DNA of 56,613 nt from a bacterium (GTDB lineage Bacteria; SAR324; NAC60-12), in the NCBI GenBank assembly GCA_965233585.1, contig CBDDTI010000523.1, positions 1-56,613 on the forward strand. Direction: 5' to 3'. Of the stretch, positions 31,751 to 42,739 are shown piece by piece. The number at the start of each line of letters is the position of its first letter. The first letter of the stretch is position 1. The notes beneath the pieces were generated by a model. It ran no database searches and was not told the origin of the DNA. It saw only the letters and a list, made by a program, of their open reading frames with translations. The translations under genes and the position numbers were made by a program.

Positions 31751-33167
31751 TTAAAGCGAAGTGGGCGGATGCAAAACAGAAGAAGCAGATTTTGAAGACT
31801 CCTCTTGAGCGGTGGTGACGGAAAAAAGAGGGTTGGAAGAATCATTGAAAATTTGAGTTCGTCGTCTGTCAAACATAGAACGTGAATATAACGGAGTTGG
31901 GTCATCTTGAGCGGTGGTGACGGGAAAAAGAGGGTTGAAAGACTCATTGAAATATTGAGCCCGTCGTCTCTCGAGCGTAGTACGTGGATACAACGGAATT
32001 GGGCGAATCACTGGTTGAAAATGAGATTTCTAAAAATAATAAAGTAAATGTATGATTATAATGAATGATTTTGAAAATAAAAAAATATTTTTACCGCCAA
32101 ATCCGTCAAATATGATTCATCAGTATTCATTATTTTGTTGCATGTTTTTGGTCCTGAATTGACAATAGCTGGAGAAGAAGGAGCGTCCAAAACTTCAACA
32201 TTTGTTTCAGAAGTTGAATCTTGATCGGCTTTCTCACGACGAAGTGTTGACATTTCATAAAACTGAAAATAAATAGGAAAATTATAATTTTTGTAAAACA
32301 GAAATTTTAAAATAAAATACTTACTTCAGAATTGGGTTGATTGTGTTGAGTTAATTGGTTATTCAATCTCCAAAATTTAATTGTTAGGACCGTTACCAAA
32401 AGACATACGATCATAAGAATAACAATTACTAATAATTTAAATCCGTCTGCAAAATAGTAATATGAATATTAGAGAAAATAAATGTAAAACTGAAACAAAT
32501 GAGACTTACTGTCAAAGGTAAATTGTTCAAGCAAAAATTCACCAAATGTCATCTTTGGAATAGTGATTAAAGGCTTTGAAGTGGTGATGGTAGAGGTGAT
32601 TGTTGCGGATGGGTTTGTTGTGAATGTGGGGCTGGTGGTTGAGGTAGTAGGGGTGGTAGTTGAGGTAATTAATGTAGGTGAAGAGACAGTGGTTAATGGG
32701 GTGTTAGAGGTGATTGTTGCGGTTGTGGAACTAGTTGTTGATACAGTCGAAGTTGTTGAAGTTGTAGGCATGGACGTTGGTACAGTGGTAGTGACGCTGT
32801 TGGTGGTAGAGGTAATTGATGAAGTCGAAGAGAAGATGATTGGTAAGGTAGAAGAAACAGTAGTTGTGGATGTGGTGCTGCTAGACAATGAAGTAGAGGT
32901 AGTTGTAATAGTAATGGAGCTTGAAGTGGTAATTGTAGTGGTTGTAAACGGGGCGGCAGAAGTCGTAGTAATTGTGGTGGTGGTAGACACAGTAGTTGTG
33001 GAGGTGATGGTCGTCAATTGGTTGGTTACAGTTGAGTTGATAGTGGAATTAAAGAGGGGGTAAAATCCAGAAGACATTTTTAAAATATTTTCAAAAAAAG
33101 AAAGGTTTTGGGCAAAGGAATTTTGTGTCAAAAAAATGACACAAAAAAATAAAATAAAAAATTTCAT
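31751..33167 (-). CDS. Four-exon mucin-like type I membrane glycoprotein (408 aa)
   Basis: Exons 33167-32510, 32446-32325, 32262-32095 and 32029-31751; introns of 63, 62 and 65 nt. Signal peptide MKFFILFFCVIFL, Thr/Ser-rich ectodomain, TM LLVIVILMIVCLLVTVLTI and a cytoplasmic tail. Confidence 0.82.
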
Positions 33168-33634
33168 GACGGGTTTGGGTGTTGATGTCAATTAAACAAA
33201 ATTTTAATTTAGAATGAGGATTTCAAATTATGGAATTTGTGATTTTTATTTATATAATAAAAATTTCGGTCAAAACGCGCTCTTCTACATATTTATTATA
33301 AATAAGAAACGATTTTGACTGTTTATACTATGCATATAATATTGTACATTTAAATGCACATTGCGCGCAAAATCAATGAATTGTTTGCATTGACAGCATT
33401 GCATGAATTGAATGTAAAGGAACGAAAGACACGCGCTAAAAAAAAAAATAAGACATTGTACGTCAAATCAATGAATTGTTTGTTTTATTACGTAAAAAAG
33501 AATCATTGGTATTATTATTAACATTCACATAATATATTTGATAATGATATTCAAATAAAGCAAATAAACCAAGTGTCATACATAAAAAGCACAAACAACT
33601 CAATAGCCCAGGCGAAACATCATCTTCTACATAA

Positions 33635-34168
33635 TGAACCGAAAGCCCAAGACTGGGTGTTAGCCTGGACTGTCTACCTCGTGATAATTATCTCTTTGCT
33701 GCCTCTGTGTACTGTGCTCTATCTCTGTGTAAATGTTTGTTTCTCTCCTCCCCTTTTGCCGGTGGAGGAGTCTTTCACTTTCTCATGAATACTGTCATAT
33801 AGTGTAAATAAATGAGTTGATTCACGGACAGGAAACAGGAAAGACGTGTCTCAACAGAAGGAATTGACTTTCAGAATTCTTTCATAATTCTTACAATTAT
33901 CTTGTGATTGTTTGGTGATTGTTTTGTGACTAAATCCTCTTTCATCAGGGATACGATTCATTCGGAAACCTTTGATTGAGATCGAGTTACTCAAGGTGTA
34001 GCCGATTCCTCCGTGCTTAAGCACACTTAAGGCCACGGAGGACCGGCCTTCGCAGTAGGTCCCGGATTACATTCTCTTTGTCCTTTCAGCCAAGTTCACT
34101 CATCCGGAACCCATAAGGCCGGACTCGTCTACGCCCCAGAACCAACCGGAAAGGGCCGGTTCGGTTCA
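33635..34168 (+). repeat. 5' LTR (534 bp)
   Basis: TG...CA ends with a 9-bp inverted repeat; AATAAA inside; directly repeated at 42200. Confidence 0.95.
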
Positions 34169-34170
34169 TA

Positions 34171-34181
34171 TGGTGGCAGCG
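34171..34181 (+). promoter_or_regulatory. Primer binding site, tRNA-Leu type
   Basis: TGGTGGCAGCG, 2 nt after the LTR, is complementary to the tRNA-Leu 3' end CGCTGCCACCA; same PBS at 4655 and 55233-55243. Confidence 0.8.
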
Positions 34182-36426
34182 CTGTGCCCTTCTCTCTTTT
34201 TCCGGGGGGAGGTGTACAGGGCGTACCCCGTCACCGGAGAACGCCTCTGCACGCCCAGGCTACCAACCAAAAGACTAAGTATCGTTTGATGATCAGTCTT
34301 AATTCCGGTAATCCGTCCAATTTGTTCAAATTTCGTGTTTAAAATTCGTAATTGTTCCAAATGATCAAATCGTGATCCGAATAATCCGTTCCGTCGTTTC
34401 AATTCTAACCGAATCATCCATTCATTTTATTCCAAATTCCATTGCCATTAGGTACCATTTCGTCCTTTTTCGTATAAGTTTGTCCAGAATTAAATTGTTT
34501 AGTTGTTTCAGGTGCTCAAAAGTCACCTCCATGGCCTAACGGCCTAAGAGGAGGTAGAGGAACCGGTGCAGAATGATACAGGAATGTTGCAACAAGGCTC
34601 ATCATCATCATCATCATCAATCCCAATCCCATCATCATCCTTATCCCAATCCACCATCATCAGCGTCCCCATCATCATCATCAACCCAATCATCATCCTT
34701 CTCCCAACCACCATCATCATCCCCATCATCATCATCGTTACATCATCATCATCATCAACAGCAACATTCAGATAAGATTCAATTAAGGTTAAAGAATTAG
34801 TCAGGGTAGAAGGATTAGAAAGAATTAGTCAGAGTAGAGGGATTAGTAGGAATTAGTAGGACGCTGGGGCTCCGAGCCAACAAAGCCGGGGTCGGGTCAC
34901 CAATGCCAAGAGGTTTGGGGCTCCTTGCCGATTAGTAGAGCGTCTGGCAGGGTAACTTAAGGATGTTGGGCTCTGAGCAGGAGGCTAGAGCGCCGGAGAG
35001 CATCGCCCAGCGCGGGCATTAAGTGTGAGGGCCCTGGAAGAGGGTTGGGATCACCGATGTCATGAGGGTCGGGTTCCTTACGGTAAGCACGCAACTCTAG
35101 TGTGTTGGGGTCTCGAGGGAGCGAGATCAGGGTCCAGCTTCTCCCAGACAGGAGCTGGATGCCTTGCCTGTAGGCGCGAGGCTGTGGCAGGTCCCGGGAG
35201 GGGACGAAGTCAAGGACTCCATGAATTCCCCAGCTTGGCAGCCTCTGTCCAAGAGCAGATGGTGGCATCACATGTGGCCCGGAATTGCAGCCAGTTAGAG
35301 TAATAAAAGTGTGAATTTCGCATCCTGTCATAAAACCACAGGAAGGAGTTAATGTGCACAAATGTGTCCCACAATGGTAAAATTATGAGATTTGCATCCT
35401 GTTGTAAAATCACAGGGTAATGATTGTCATAAGGAAATTTCACACACAATTGCAACTGGCCACATTGTGACATCTGCTGGACAATTCCCTTTTGGGGGGA
35501 CTCCAAGCCCGGGAACATCGGGAGAGAAGCTTCACCACAGTCGTGAGAGAGTTGTTTTGACCAAACCAAACGCGCTGGGGAGTTATCAGTGTACTTCAGT
35601 GTACGTAGCAGAGGCTACCTGGGGAATTAGACTAGGGAATTAGCGGTTAACACACGTGGGGAATTATTGGCCATAACAGCCATGTGGCCAGGAAATTGTG
35701 ATATCAGAATTAACAAGGGGTGGAGAAATTCACAGGAGGATAAAATGTTAAAATAAGACAGTAAAGAAACCGCGGGAAATGGAATTCACATGACAATAAA
35801 ATTCAGTTAGTTCACATGGTAATCAAAAATCCTCAGTCAAGATAATGCCGGTCATAAAGTTGTCATGATAACGGAAATCCCATTGAGGTGGGAACTTTGA
35901 TTAATCACTCACATGTGAAAATTAGAAAGAAACCACATGGGAGGAAGTCCCATACCCCTTCTATTATCATCTGGACAGCAGTCCAACACCACCTTGGAGC
36001 ACAAACCTGGTATCAAATCATTCTGTATTCGACCTCTACCTCGACAGCACCTTCCAACAATTAAAAGTTGTCTTCCAAAATCTCTGACTGTGAAGTCAAA
36101 TTTCCAAAACTTGTGCAACTCAAATTGATTTCCCAACTTAGGAACTTTCATCAACACGGTAAGCCTTAACCTTAAACAAACTTAAGGGCATTGTCAAGTC
36201 AGAGAATCCAAGGCCCTTGTGTCTCATCTACCAGGGTAGGCCCTTCTGGGCTGCGGCTTGACCGCCGGTGAAGTCTTGGTCTTTTGGTTCAGCCTCAAGC
36301 CACGAACTTCAATTCGTACGAATCTCGTAGGGAATAAGGGAACCCTACCCTTATTAGTGGCCAGTCACCACGACCTGGCTTTGTAAACCAAAGATAATCT
36401 AACACTGTTCTTGTAATACTGTAGAA

Positions 36427-37139
36427 ATGCCGGGTACCGGGCGATCACGACGTCACCCCTACTTGGACGGGGCCCCCTACTTCTACATCGGGGAAAACTT
36501 CCGCGCCTGGAGGGCCCAGTTTGACGCTCTCCACGACATGAGCGGTGGCCTGACCGCACCGCCCGACGGTACGCCAACGCGTGCATGCAGGACTCCGCCC
36601 AAGATGCTATCCGGGATATCACCCTTGCCGGGCCTCGGAGTTGTGCCGAGATGTTGGATGCTTATGAGGAACGATTCCAACTCCTCGACGACCTGGTCCG
36701 GATCCGCATGCGGGAAGAAGGACTTCTCCGAGCACCCCGCCACCTACGTGGACCCGGCGGGAAGAGAAAAAGCCGCCTGAAACCCCGGGCGAAACGAGGA
36801 ATCATGACCCCGGTAGCTCGCCCACTTGCCCCGTGGGATACCGGCAATGGCGTTCGGAGGGAGACTGCCAGGGGATCGTGGGAGCCTTCCACCGCCGAAG
36901 AAGTCCAGAGAGAGATCATCCACTCCCGGGTACGCGCTCTACTGCGAGACCAACCCCAGCCTAGTGTTGAGGACTTGCAGATCTTCACTCGTATGCCGTC
37001 ACAATCCTCGTCGTCAGGGTCACCCCGGGTCCTCCCGCTCACCTCCTCTGCAGGGTCGTCCGCGAGTGACACACCACACCATCCCTGGGCCGGACCCAGC
37101 CACCGGAGCGACGAACCGGATTTTCAGTCAGGACAGTAG
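36427..37139 (+). pseudogene. gag: Mini-Gag (capsid N-terminal part only) with one frameshift near 36530
   Basis: YFYIGENFRAWRAQFDAL / RHERWPDRTARRYANACMQDSAQDAIRDI aligns with the family gag; no zinc knuckle; ends DFQSGQ* like the family's DFQKGQ*. Confidence 0.75.
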
Positions 37140-37181
37140 ATCTAAGGGTCCGTCCCTACTGTCCTTTCCCTCACCGGACCC
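37118..37181 (+). promoter_or_regulatory. Putative -1 ribosomal frameshift signal (G_GAT_TTT plus H-type pseudoknot)
   Basis: Slippery heptamer 37118-37124, 6-nt spacer, stem 1 GGACAGTAG/CTACTGTCC, stem 2 GGGTCCG/CGGACCC; the -1 frame is open to 41893. Confidence 0.7.
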
Positions 37182-37327
37182 GTCCCCCCGAGCGTAATTC
37201 CCCGAGGGAGATTACTGCTCAGAGAGCCCTGCCGACTTCCAATGATCGCCTTCCCTTACAGGACCGACCTAGCCTAACCCCCGCAAGAAGAACGGGTGGT
37301 CAAGTAGAGCCACCACCCGAGCCCCCG

Positions 37328-40300
37328 ATGGACCCAGAGTGTTGCCCATACGTGGACGTGAGTGTGGGGGTGAAGCTGTTTGACCATCGTGGGGGTTCGC
37401 AGAAGTCCCGGCTTCTCCACTTCGTGAAGTCGCGCGCGGACCATCATTGTGTCCCTGACCACGACCAATCGCTGCCGGCCGCTTCCAAACCCTGCCTTCG
37501 TCGGACGCCCAGGAGGACCTGGGAGGAGTCTCATGTCCGGGCATTGATCCAAGCGGCCCCGCTGACCCAAGTTCCTTCTCCAGGAGCCGTAAGAAGGCCT
37601 CAGCCTTTTGTTCCGCCTACCGCCCGGAATAGTCACTCCACCGGTCCCCGCATACAACACCTTAACATGATCCGGAAATTAAGGTCACCAGGGCCCCAAG
37701 ATTACCGGGCCCCTCGTCGTCGGAACTCCGCAGAAGAAGAGCTGGGAGACATCCCCTTGGAGCCCTCACGCGCTCCAACCTATTGGCTCCGGGTGGATCC
37801 TGGTCATTACGGCTGCTACCTGTACGGACGGAAGAGATTCATGGAGTGTGCGGGAACAATACGAAGATCTCGTCCACGCGAGAAAGAATTAGAGGCATCC
37901 GACAGTGCTTCCCCAGTCTCTACTCTCTCCCCCAGTGCCAGAGACGGAATCAATTCGAAGACCCTTCTGATCATGAATCCGATTCAGTGTGCCAGTATTA
38001 TAATTGTGACCTTGTGCCTCTGCCTGACACGTAGACCTGACCACAATACAACCGTGTCTGCCTGCAATCTGGCAGTAAATGATCATGAACTTAGAAGAAT
38101 ATTGACGTGCGGTTACCACCAGTGTAGTCTCGGCCCGAGCACTCCAGAAAGGAGCGCGCCTTGTCTTGTGCCCTGTTACCCCCGATATGAAATTCCTCTC
38201 GGGATTCGGGAAGTGAACCTTCTTCCCTTCCTGGGTGCCCCGGTGGTGTGCGCTGTTCCCTTTAGTGAAGTTGTTCCCTCTTGTGTAGAACTAGCAGATG
38301 TCTACTCCTCCCTTGTGTCCAGCCCGCCGTTCGCAGTTCTGGGGACCGAATTGGACATCTTTTGCCGAAGGGTGGATTCACCCCGCCGCACCGAGGTGAA
38401 GGGGAAGATCCCCGCTCCAGGAGCAAACCGACCAGGTGTAAGAGGGTCAAAGAAAGGGATCCCCACGAGAGGACTCAACTCGCTCCCCCCAACGATGTTA
38501 GGGAACCGGATGATTGCGGAGGACTTTCCCACGTCAGTAACGAAGCGGACCTCTCCTTCCATTGGCAGGGTCGACGCAGACGTCCACATCTCTCTCTGTG
38601 AATGTGACCGGGTGAGAAGAATCCCCGCTGGAGTAAGAAGGATAAATCAATCCTGGACAGCGGGGACGAAAAGAGTGGTCCCCTTTAGAAGATGGATTCA
38701 ACCATGTGTCGCTGGTGCAACCGGGTCGAAGGAAGTGACCCCCGTTGGGAGGGTAAACCGATCGTGTACTACTCCCGGTAACACCGAGTGTGAAGGAGAG
38801 TGCGAGGAGGCCAGCATCCTCGGTCTCCCCTTTAGGTTCGAGAGTCGCTGTCCGAAACGAGATGCCGTGAGAAGAGCCAGGGTGTCTTCAAACTTTCCAG
38901 GAACTGGGACGAGGAGAGGGCGCAACCGGTGCCCCGGGAGAGGAGTCTCTCCGCCTTCCTCAGGACTCGGGGCGTGGTCAGATCGCCACGGTGGGGATCG
39001 CGTCGCAAACTTCATACCCCCTTGCTGTGATTGGGGTCCTATTATTGTTGTAGCAGTTGAACAAAGTGATCTCGTAAGTCCCCTTCTGTATCATCGGTCT
39101 CATCTGTTCTTTCTTCTCCCAGATCTCACCGTGACCAATCTGTTGCGTTGGAAAGACATAGCCCTGCTTCATCGATCCACGTTAGGTTGGGAGAAACAAG
39201 CGCTAGGGACTCCACGAGGATCAGATACCGTTCCGATCTCGCCCGGGACGGTCATCAAAGCTACGACCTTACTCCAGTTCGCGTCTTCAGGTGCCCCACC
39301 GTTGTCCGCTCCCCTCACATCCTCACCCACGGGCGATATGGACGTTCGAGCCAGCTGTTTGGCCCTTCTCCTGGGATTAACCCTCACTGCGTCAACCAGC
39401 CACTTCCATCGGAGTGCCACCCTGGGGTCTTTGGTGGGACTCGTCCCTACTGTCTCCACCAACCGTTTCACCCTCCAGAATGGGTATGGCACTGTGGAAG
39501 CACGGTTTCACCTCACCGCGTACGACTGCTCTGACCCTTCAGAAGTGCAGGCGTACAGCAGTATCCCGGCCAGCCATTGCAGCACCCGGGCTACCCCCGT
39601 AAAGAAGGATCGACCCACGCGGTTCCAGCTCCTGCAAAAGGAAAGGAAAAGGTATATCAACGCCTATGTCTGCTCTCTTTATAGGACTGACATTCGGTAT
39701 AACTGCGGCGTGTATGGACACCCAGAACTGGACCCTATGCACTGGTCCTTCTTGATTCCGCAACGGGTGACGGTGGAACAGTGCCTGGAATGGCTCCGCA
39801 CTCGGACCTATCGGCCGGCGTATCATTCCACCATGATGCACGGGAAGGAGTTCACGCAGCCCGTCCTGATCGACGAACCCACTTATATCACCTACCTCGT
39901 GTACGGGCGAACTTTTCTTCAGGCTCCTGCCTTGCCCACTGACCTCGTGACGGACATCGCCTGCCAGGGAGAATGGTACGAATATCAGCCTGACAAGCCG
40001 CAGAACCACATCGTGGCCTTCTACGATGAACTACACCTTCAGACTGTGACCTTGGTTGTCGAGGAGGAGAAAGTCATCGACAAGGGTCGTCAGCTCTCTC
40101 TGCCTTGCCCCTGGAACGATGGACACTGCCATGCAGAAGGACTGACCTACCTGTGGAATGTCACCGGGCCTGAATACTGCCCCGTTGCAGTTGTCAAGGA
40201 GTTCTTGGGACACCGGCTGCACGCCAACGTGTCCCAGTCCGGCGATTCCTATGATTCACATCATGCGGAGGCCATCGTGAGTGCGGAGACTGAGGAGAAG

Positions 40301-41893
40301 ATCCGGATCCAACCGACTGGCCCCGTGAGTCAGTGCGGGCGAGTTGTGACGTCCACTAACATTGAGGACATGTTCCTCTTCCCGATCCTCGAAACTGATG
40401 ACAAGGGCCGTGTGCTGACGGACAACCGGGACCAGATCTTTGAACGCCGGATTCACCCAGGAGAAGTTGACCTCCGGAAGTATATCGCCAATCGGGATGA
40501 GTACCTGTATTATGACATCACTTCCCAGGCTGAGCGCGAATTCGATGCCATCCTCCACCACGACTGCTTGCGGCGCCAGGATGAAGCACGGAAGGCTCAT
40601 TTCTTTGAGCACGGGCTTCCAGGATACCAACCCTTCCTCCTACAGGATGGTGCCTTCTCCACCCGGTCAGGAGAAACGAATTACAGGTATCAATGTCTGC
40701 CCCGAACTGTGCACCCTGTCTCTGCTTCTAGGTGCTACAATAAGCTGCCTGTGGTTCTCCGGCTACCTCAACACCTTGCCGCTGGTGTCACGCTCAACTT
40801 CTCTGCCAGCCACACGTACTTCCTGGACCCAGACTCACGCTTGCTGTCCCCGATTGCCTCGGAGGTCCCCTGCTCTGCCCTTTTCCCGGCCATCTACCAG
40901 ACGCACCAAGGATGGATCGCTGTCACGCCGGACATCCACCAGGCCCCAGCGCCTAAGCCCCTGCCGGTCCAGCCGCCCCATCGGACAGAAGATGTGTTTC
41001 GTGAACCGGATTACAACGAAGGAGGCCTCTATCAATCTGACACCCTGGATGCCATGCAGGACTTCCTGTTGACGCCTCTCCTCCGTGAAGCAGTGACTTA
41101 CAAGCTGGCGCACCAGGTCCACAATCTTCGCCCGGAGCGCGAGTACGTCTTGGGGCCGCTGGATGTGTTCCCAGTAGATGCGGCTGCTGCGGCCGACTGG
41201 AGGAACCTTCTCTTCGGAGGCTGGTGGAGCTGGTTGGAGAAGTGGGGGAAAGTAGCCAGCATCTGCATTGGGGCCTACTACCTGTACGTCGCGGCTCGTT
41301 GGATTGTCACCACCCTTTTTTCTTTAAAGGTGCTATACGACGAGCATGGGTTTGGACCCAATCTTCTGTGGGGACTCGGACCAGGGCAAGATGTCTTCCC
41401 CATGCGGTTCTACCGCCGGTGGAGGCGTTTTAAACAACATCTCTCCTCAAATGGGAAAGGAGAGACTCCACGAGTCCCACCTCGACCACTTCCTCACGAA
41501 TACCTCATGATGGAGGAAGTCCGGGCCCCGACTCTGCCGCGGCGCAACCTTGGTCGGCCTGGGGTGTATCCTGACCTCCCGCACACCCCAACGGAGGCCG
41601 ACGCCGTGAAAAGACCATCTTCCGATCAATATGCGAAGCCCGGATGTGTGACAGAACGAGCACCCTGTCTGTCGGAATCAGATTCCGAGGTGTCACCTCC
41701 TCAGACCCCGCGGCCGAACCCTGTGGTCCCAGAAGTTCGGCTAGAACGTATGATACCTCCGGGAGCCGCTCCTGCGGCCGAAAGCGAGGGATTGGTCGGT
41801 CTTCCCAACCCCAGGAGGGAGGGTGCCTTCCGACCTGTGGAGAATACTTTCCCTCAAGGACCCATCGGCGCTGTGCTGCAGCCCCGTCCCTGA
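37328..41893 (+). CDS. env: Long ORF; C-terminal 851 aa (from ATG 39338) is a chuvirus-G/gB-like class III envelope glycoprotein
   Basis: Signal peptide MDVRASCLALLLGLTLTAS; LTAYDC...C...FQLLQ...C...R...YNCG..GH cysteine pattern of chuvirus-type glycoproteins; GGLY motif; C-terminal TM and Pro-rich tail. Confidence 0.85.
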   Translation: MDPECCPYVDVSVGVKLFDHRGGSQKSRLLHFVKSRADHHCVPDHDQSLPAASKPCLRRTPRRTWEESHVRALIQAAPLTQVPSPGAVRRPQPFVPPTARNSHSTGPRIQHLNMIRKLRSPGPQDYRAPRRRNSAEEELGDIPLEPSRAPTYWLRVDPGHYGCYLYGRKRFMECAGTIRRSRPREKELEASDSASPVSTLSPSARDGINSKTLLIMNPIQCASIIIVTLCLCLTRRPDHNTTVSACNLAVNDHELRRILTCGYHQCSLGPSTPERSAPCLVPCYPRYEIPLGIREVNLLPFLGAPVVCAVPFSEVVPSCVELADVYSSLVSSPPFAVLGTELDIFCRRVDSPRRTEVKGKIPAPGANRPGVRGSKKGIPTRGLNSLPPTMLGNRMIAEDFPTSVTKRTSPSIGRVDADVHISLCECDRVRRIPAGVRRINQSWTAGTKRVVPFRRWIQPCVAGATGSKEVTPVGRVNRSCTTPGNTECEGECEEASILGLPFRFESRCPKRDAVRRARVSSNFPGTGTRRGRNRCPGRGVSPPSSGLGAWSDRHGGDRVANFIPPCCDWGPIIVVAVEQSDLVSPLLYHRSHLFFLLPDLTVTNLLRWKDIALLHRSTLGWEKQALGTPRGSDTVPISPGTVIKATTLLQFASSGAPPLSAPLTSSPTGDMDVRASCLALLLGLTLTASTSHFHRSATLGSLVGLVPTVSTNRFTLQNGYGTVEARFHLTAYDCSDPSEVQAYSSIPASHCSTRATPVKKDRPTRFQLLQKERKRYINAYVCSLYRTDIRYNCGVYGHPELDPMHWSFLIPQRVTVEQCLEWLRTRTYRPAYHSTMMHGKEFTQPVLIDEPTYITYLVYGRTFLQAPALPTDLVTDIACQGEWYEYQPDKPQNHIVAFYDELHLQTVTLVVEEEKVIDKGRQLSLPCPWNDGHCHAEGLTYLWNVTGPEYCPVAVVKEFLGHRLHANVSQSGDSYDSHHAEAIVSAETEEKIRIQPTGPVSQCGRVVTSTNIEDMFLFPILETDDKGRVLTDNRDQIFERRIHPGEVDLRKYIANRDEYLYYDITSQAEREFDAILHHDCLRRQDEARKAHFFEHGLPGYQPFLLQDGAFSTRSGETNYRYQCLPRTVHPVSASRCYNKLPVVLRLPQHLAAGVTLNFSASHTYFLDPDSRLLSPIASEVPCSALFPAIYQTHQGWIAVTPDIHQAPAPKPLPVQPPHRTEDVFREPDYNEGGLYQSDTLDAMQDFLLTPLLREAVTYKLAHQVHNLRPEREYVLGPLDVFPVDAAAAADWRNLLFGGWWSWLEKWGKVASICIGAYYLYVAARWIVTTLFSLKVLYDEHGFGPNLLWGLGPGQDVFPMRFYRRWRRFKQHLSSNGKGETPRVPPRPLPHEYLMMEEVRAPTLPRRNLGRPGVYPDLPHTPTEADAVKRPSSDQYAKPGCVTERAPCLSESDSEVSPPQTPRPNPVVPEVRLERMIPPGAAPAAESEGLVGLPNPRREGAFRPVENTFPQGPIGAVLQPRP

Positions 41894-42199
41894 GAGCTGC
41901 TCCAGGACCGAAGGGAGCAAGAGGAGGAATTGTGGAGAAAAGATGAAAAGCCAGATGGCCCTCAGACTTTACCAATTCGAGAGCTACCTTCTCCTTGTCT
42001 CAGTGTGAAGAGACCATTCCGGGAAAACATTGTGTCAAGACCTGTAGTGATCCGAAGAAATGTAGAGTGAAAATTTTGCGAAAAAGGACGCTGAAATTGA
42101 TGTATTATGTTCTGGTGTCACGAGAAAGACCTCATCGGAAAATTTGACTGGGAAATGGTGTGAGTTCGTCCAGGTTGGCCTCACTCAAGGAGGGGCAAA

Positions 42200-42721
42200 T
42201 GAACCGAAAGCCCAAGACTGGGTGTTAGCCTGGACTGTCTACCTCGTGATAATTATCTCTTTGCTGCCTCTGTGTACTGTGCTCTATCTCTGTGTAAATG
42301 TTTGTTTCTCTCCTCCCCTTTTGCCGGTGGAGGAGTCTTTCACTTTCTCATGAATACTGTCATATAGTGTAAATAAATGAGTTGATTCACGGACAGGAAA
42401 CAGGAAAGACGTGTCTCAACAGAAGGAATTGACTTTCAGAATTCTTTCATAATTCTTACAATTATCTTGTGATTGTTTGGTGATTGTTTTGTGACTAAAT
42501 CCTCTTTCATCAGGGATACGATTCATTCGGAAACCTTTGATTGAGATCGAGTTACTCAAGGTGTAGCCGATTCCTCCGTGCTTAAGCACAACTTAAGGCC
42601 ACGGAGGACCGGCCTTCGCAGTAGGTCCCGGATTTCATTCTCTTTGTTCTTTCAGCCAAGTTCACTCATCCGGAACCCATAAGGCCGGACTCGTCTACGC
42701 CCCAGAACCAACCGGAAAGGG
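42200..42721 (+). repeat. 3' LTR missing its last 13 bp
   Basis: Near-identical to 33635-34155; lacks the terminal CCGGTTCGGTTCA. Confidence 0.95.
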
Positions 42722-42739
42722 GATAACCATTATGTTTTA

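Larger units (their letters stand above)
10763..33634. mobile_element. Polinton/Maverick (adintovirus-like) endogenous virus; boundaries approximate, right TIR not seen
   Basis: Co-located rve integrase, DJR major capsid, penton, adenain protease, A32/FtsK-like ATPase and pPolB in an AT-rich block with intact frames. Confidence 0.95.
33635..42721 (+). mobile_element. Young LTR retroelement carrying an envelope gene but no recognisable intact pol
   Basis: LTRs 33635-34168 and 42200-42721 differ by about 2 substitutions and 1 indel; TGAACCGAA/TTCGGTTCA terminal inverted repeats; PBS 34171-34181; PPT 42187-42199. Confidence 0.95.

Noticed and set aside
32563..33063. Val-rich plus-strand ORF
   Set aside because: Antisense shadow of the Thr-rich mucin exon.
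33573..33788. Hydrophobic 71-aa ORF (and its twin at 42144-42353)
   Set aside because: Runs across the LTR boundary from different flanks; it is LTR sequence, not a gene.
34544..34800. His/Ser/Ile-rich small ORFs
   Set aside because: Translations of a (CAT)n microsatellite in the retroelement leader.
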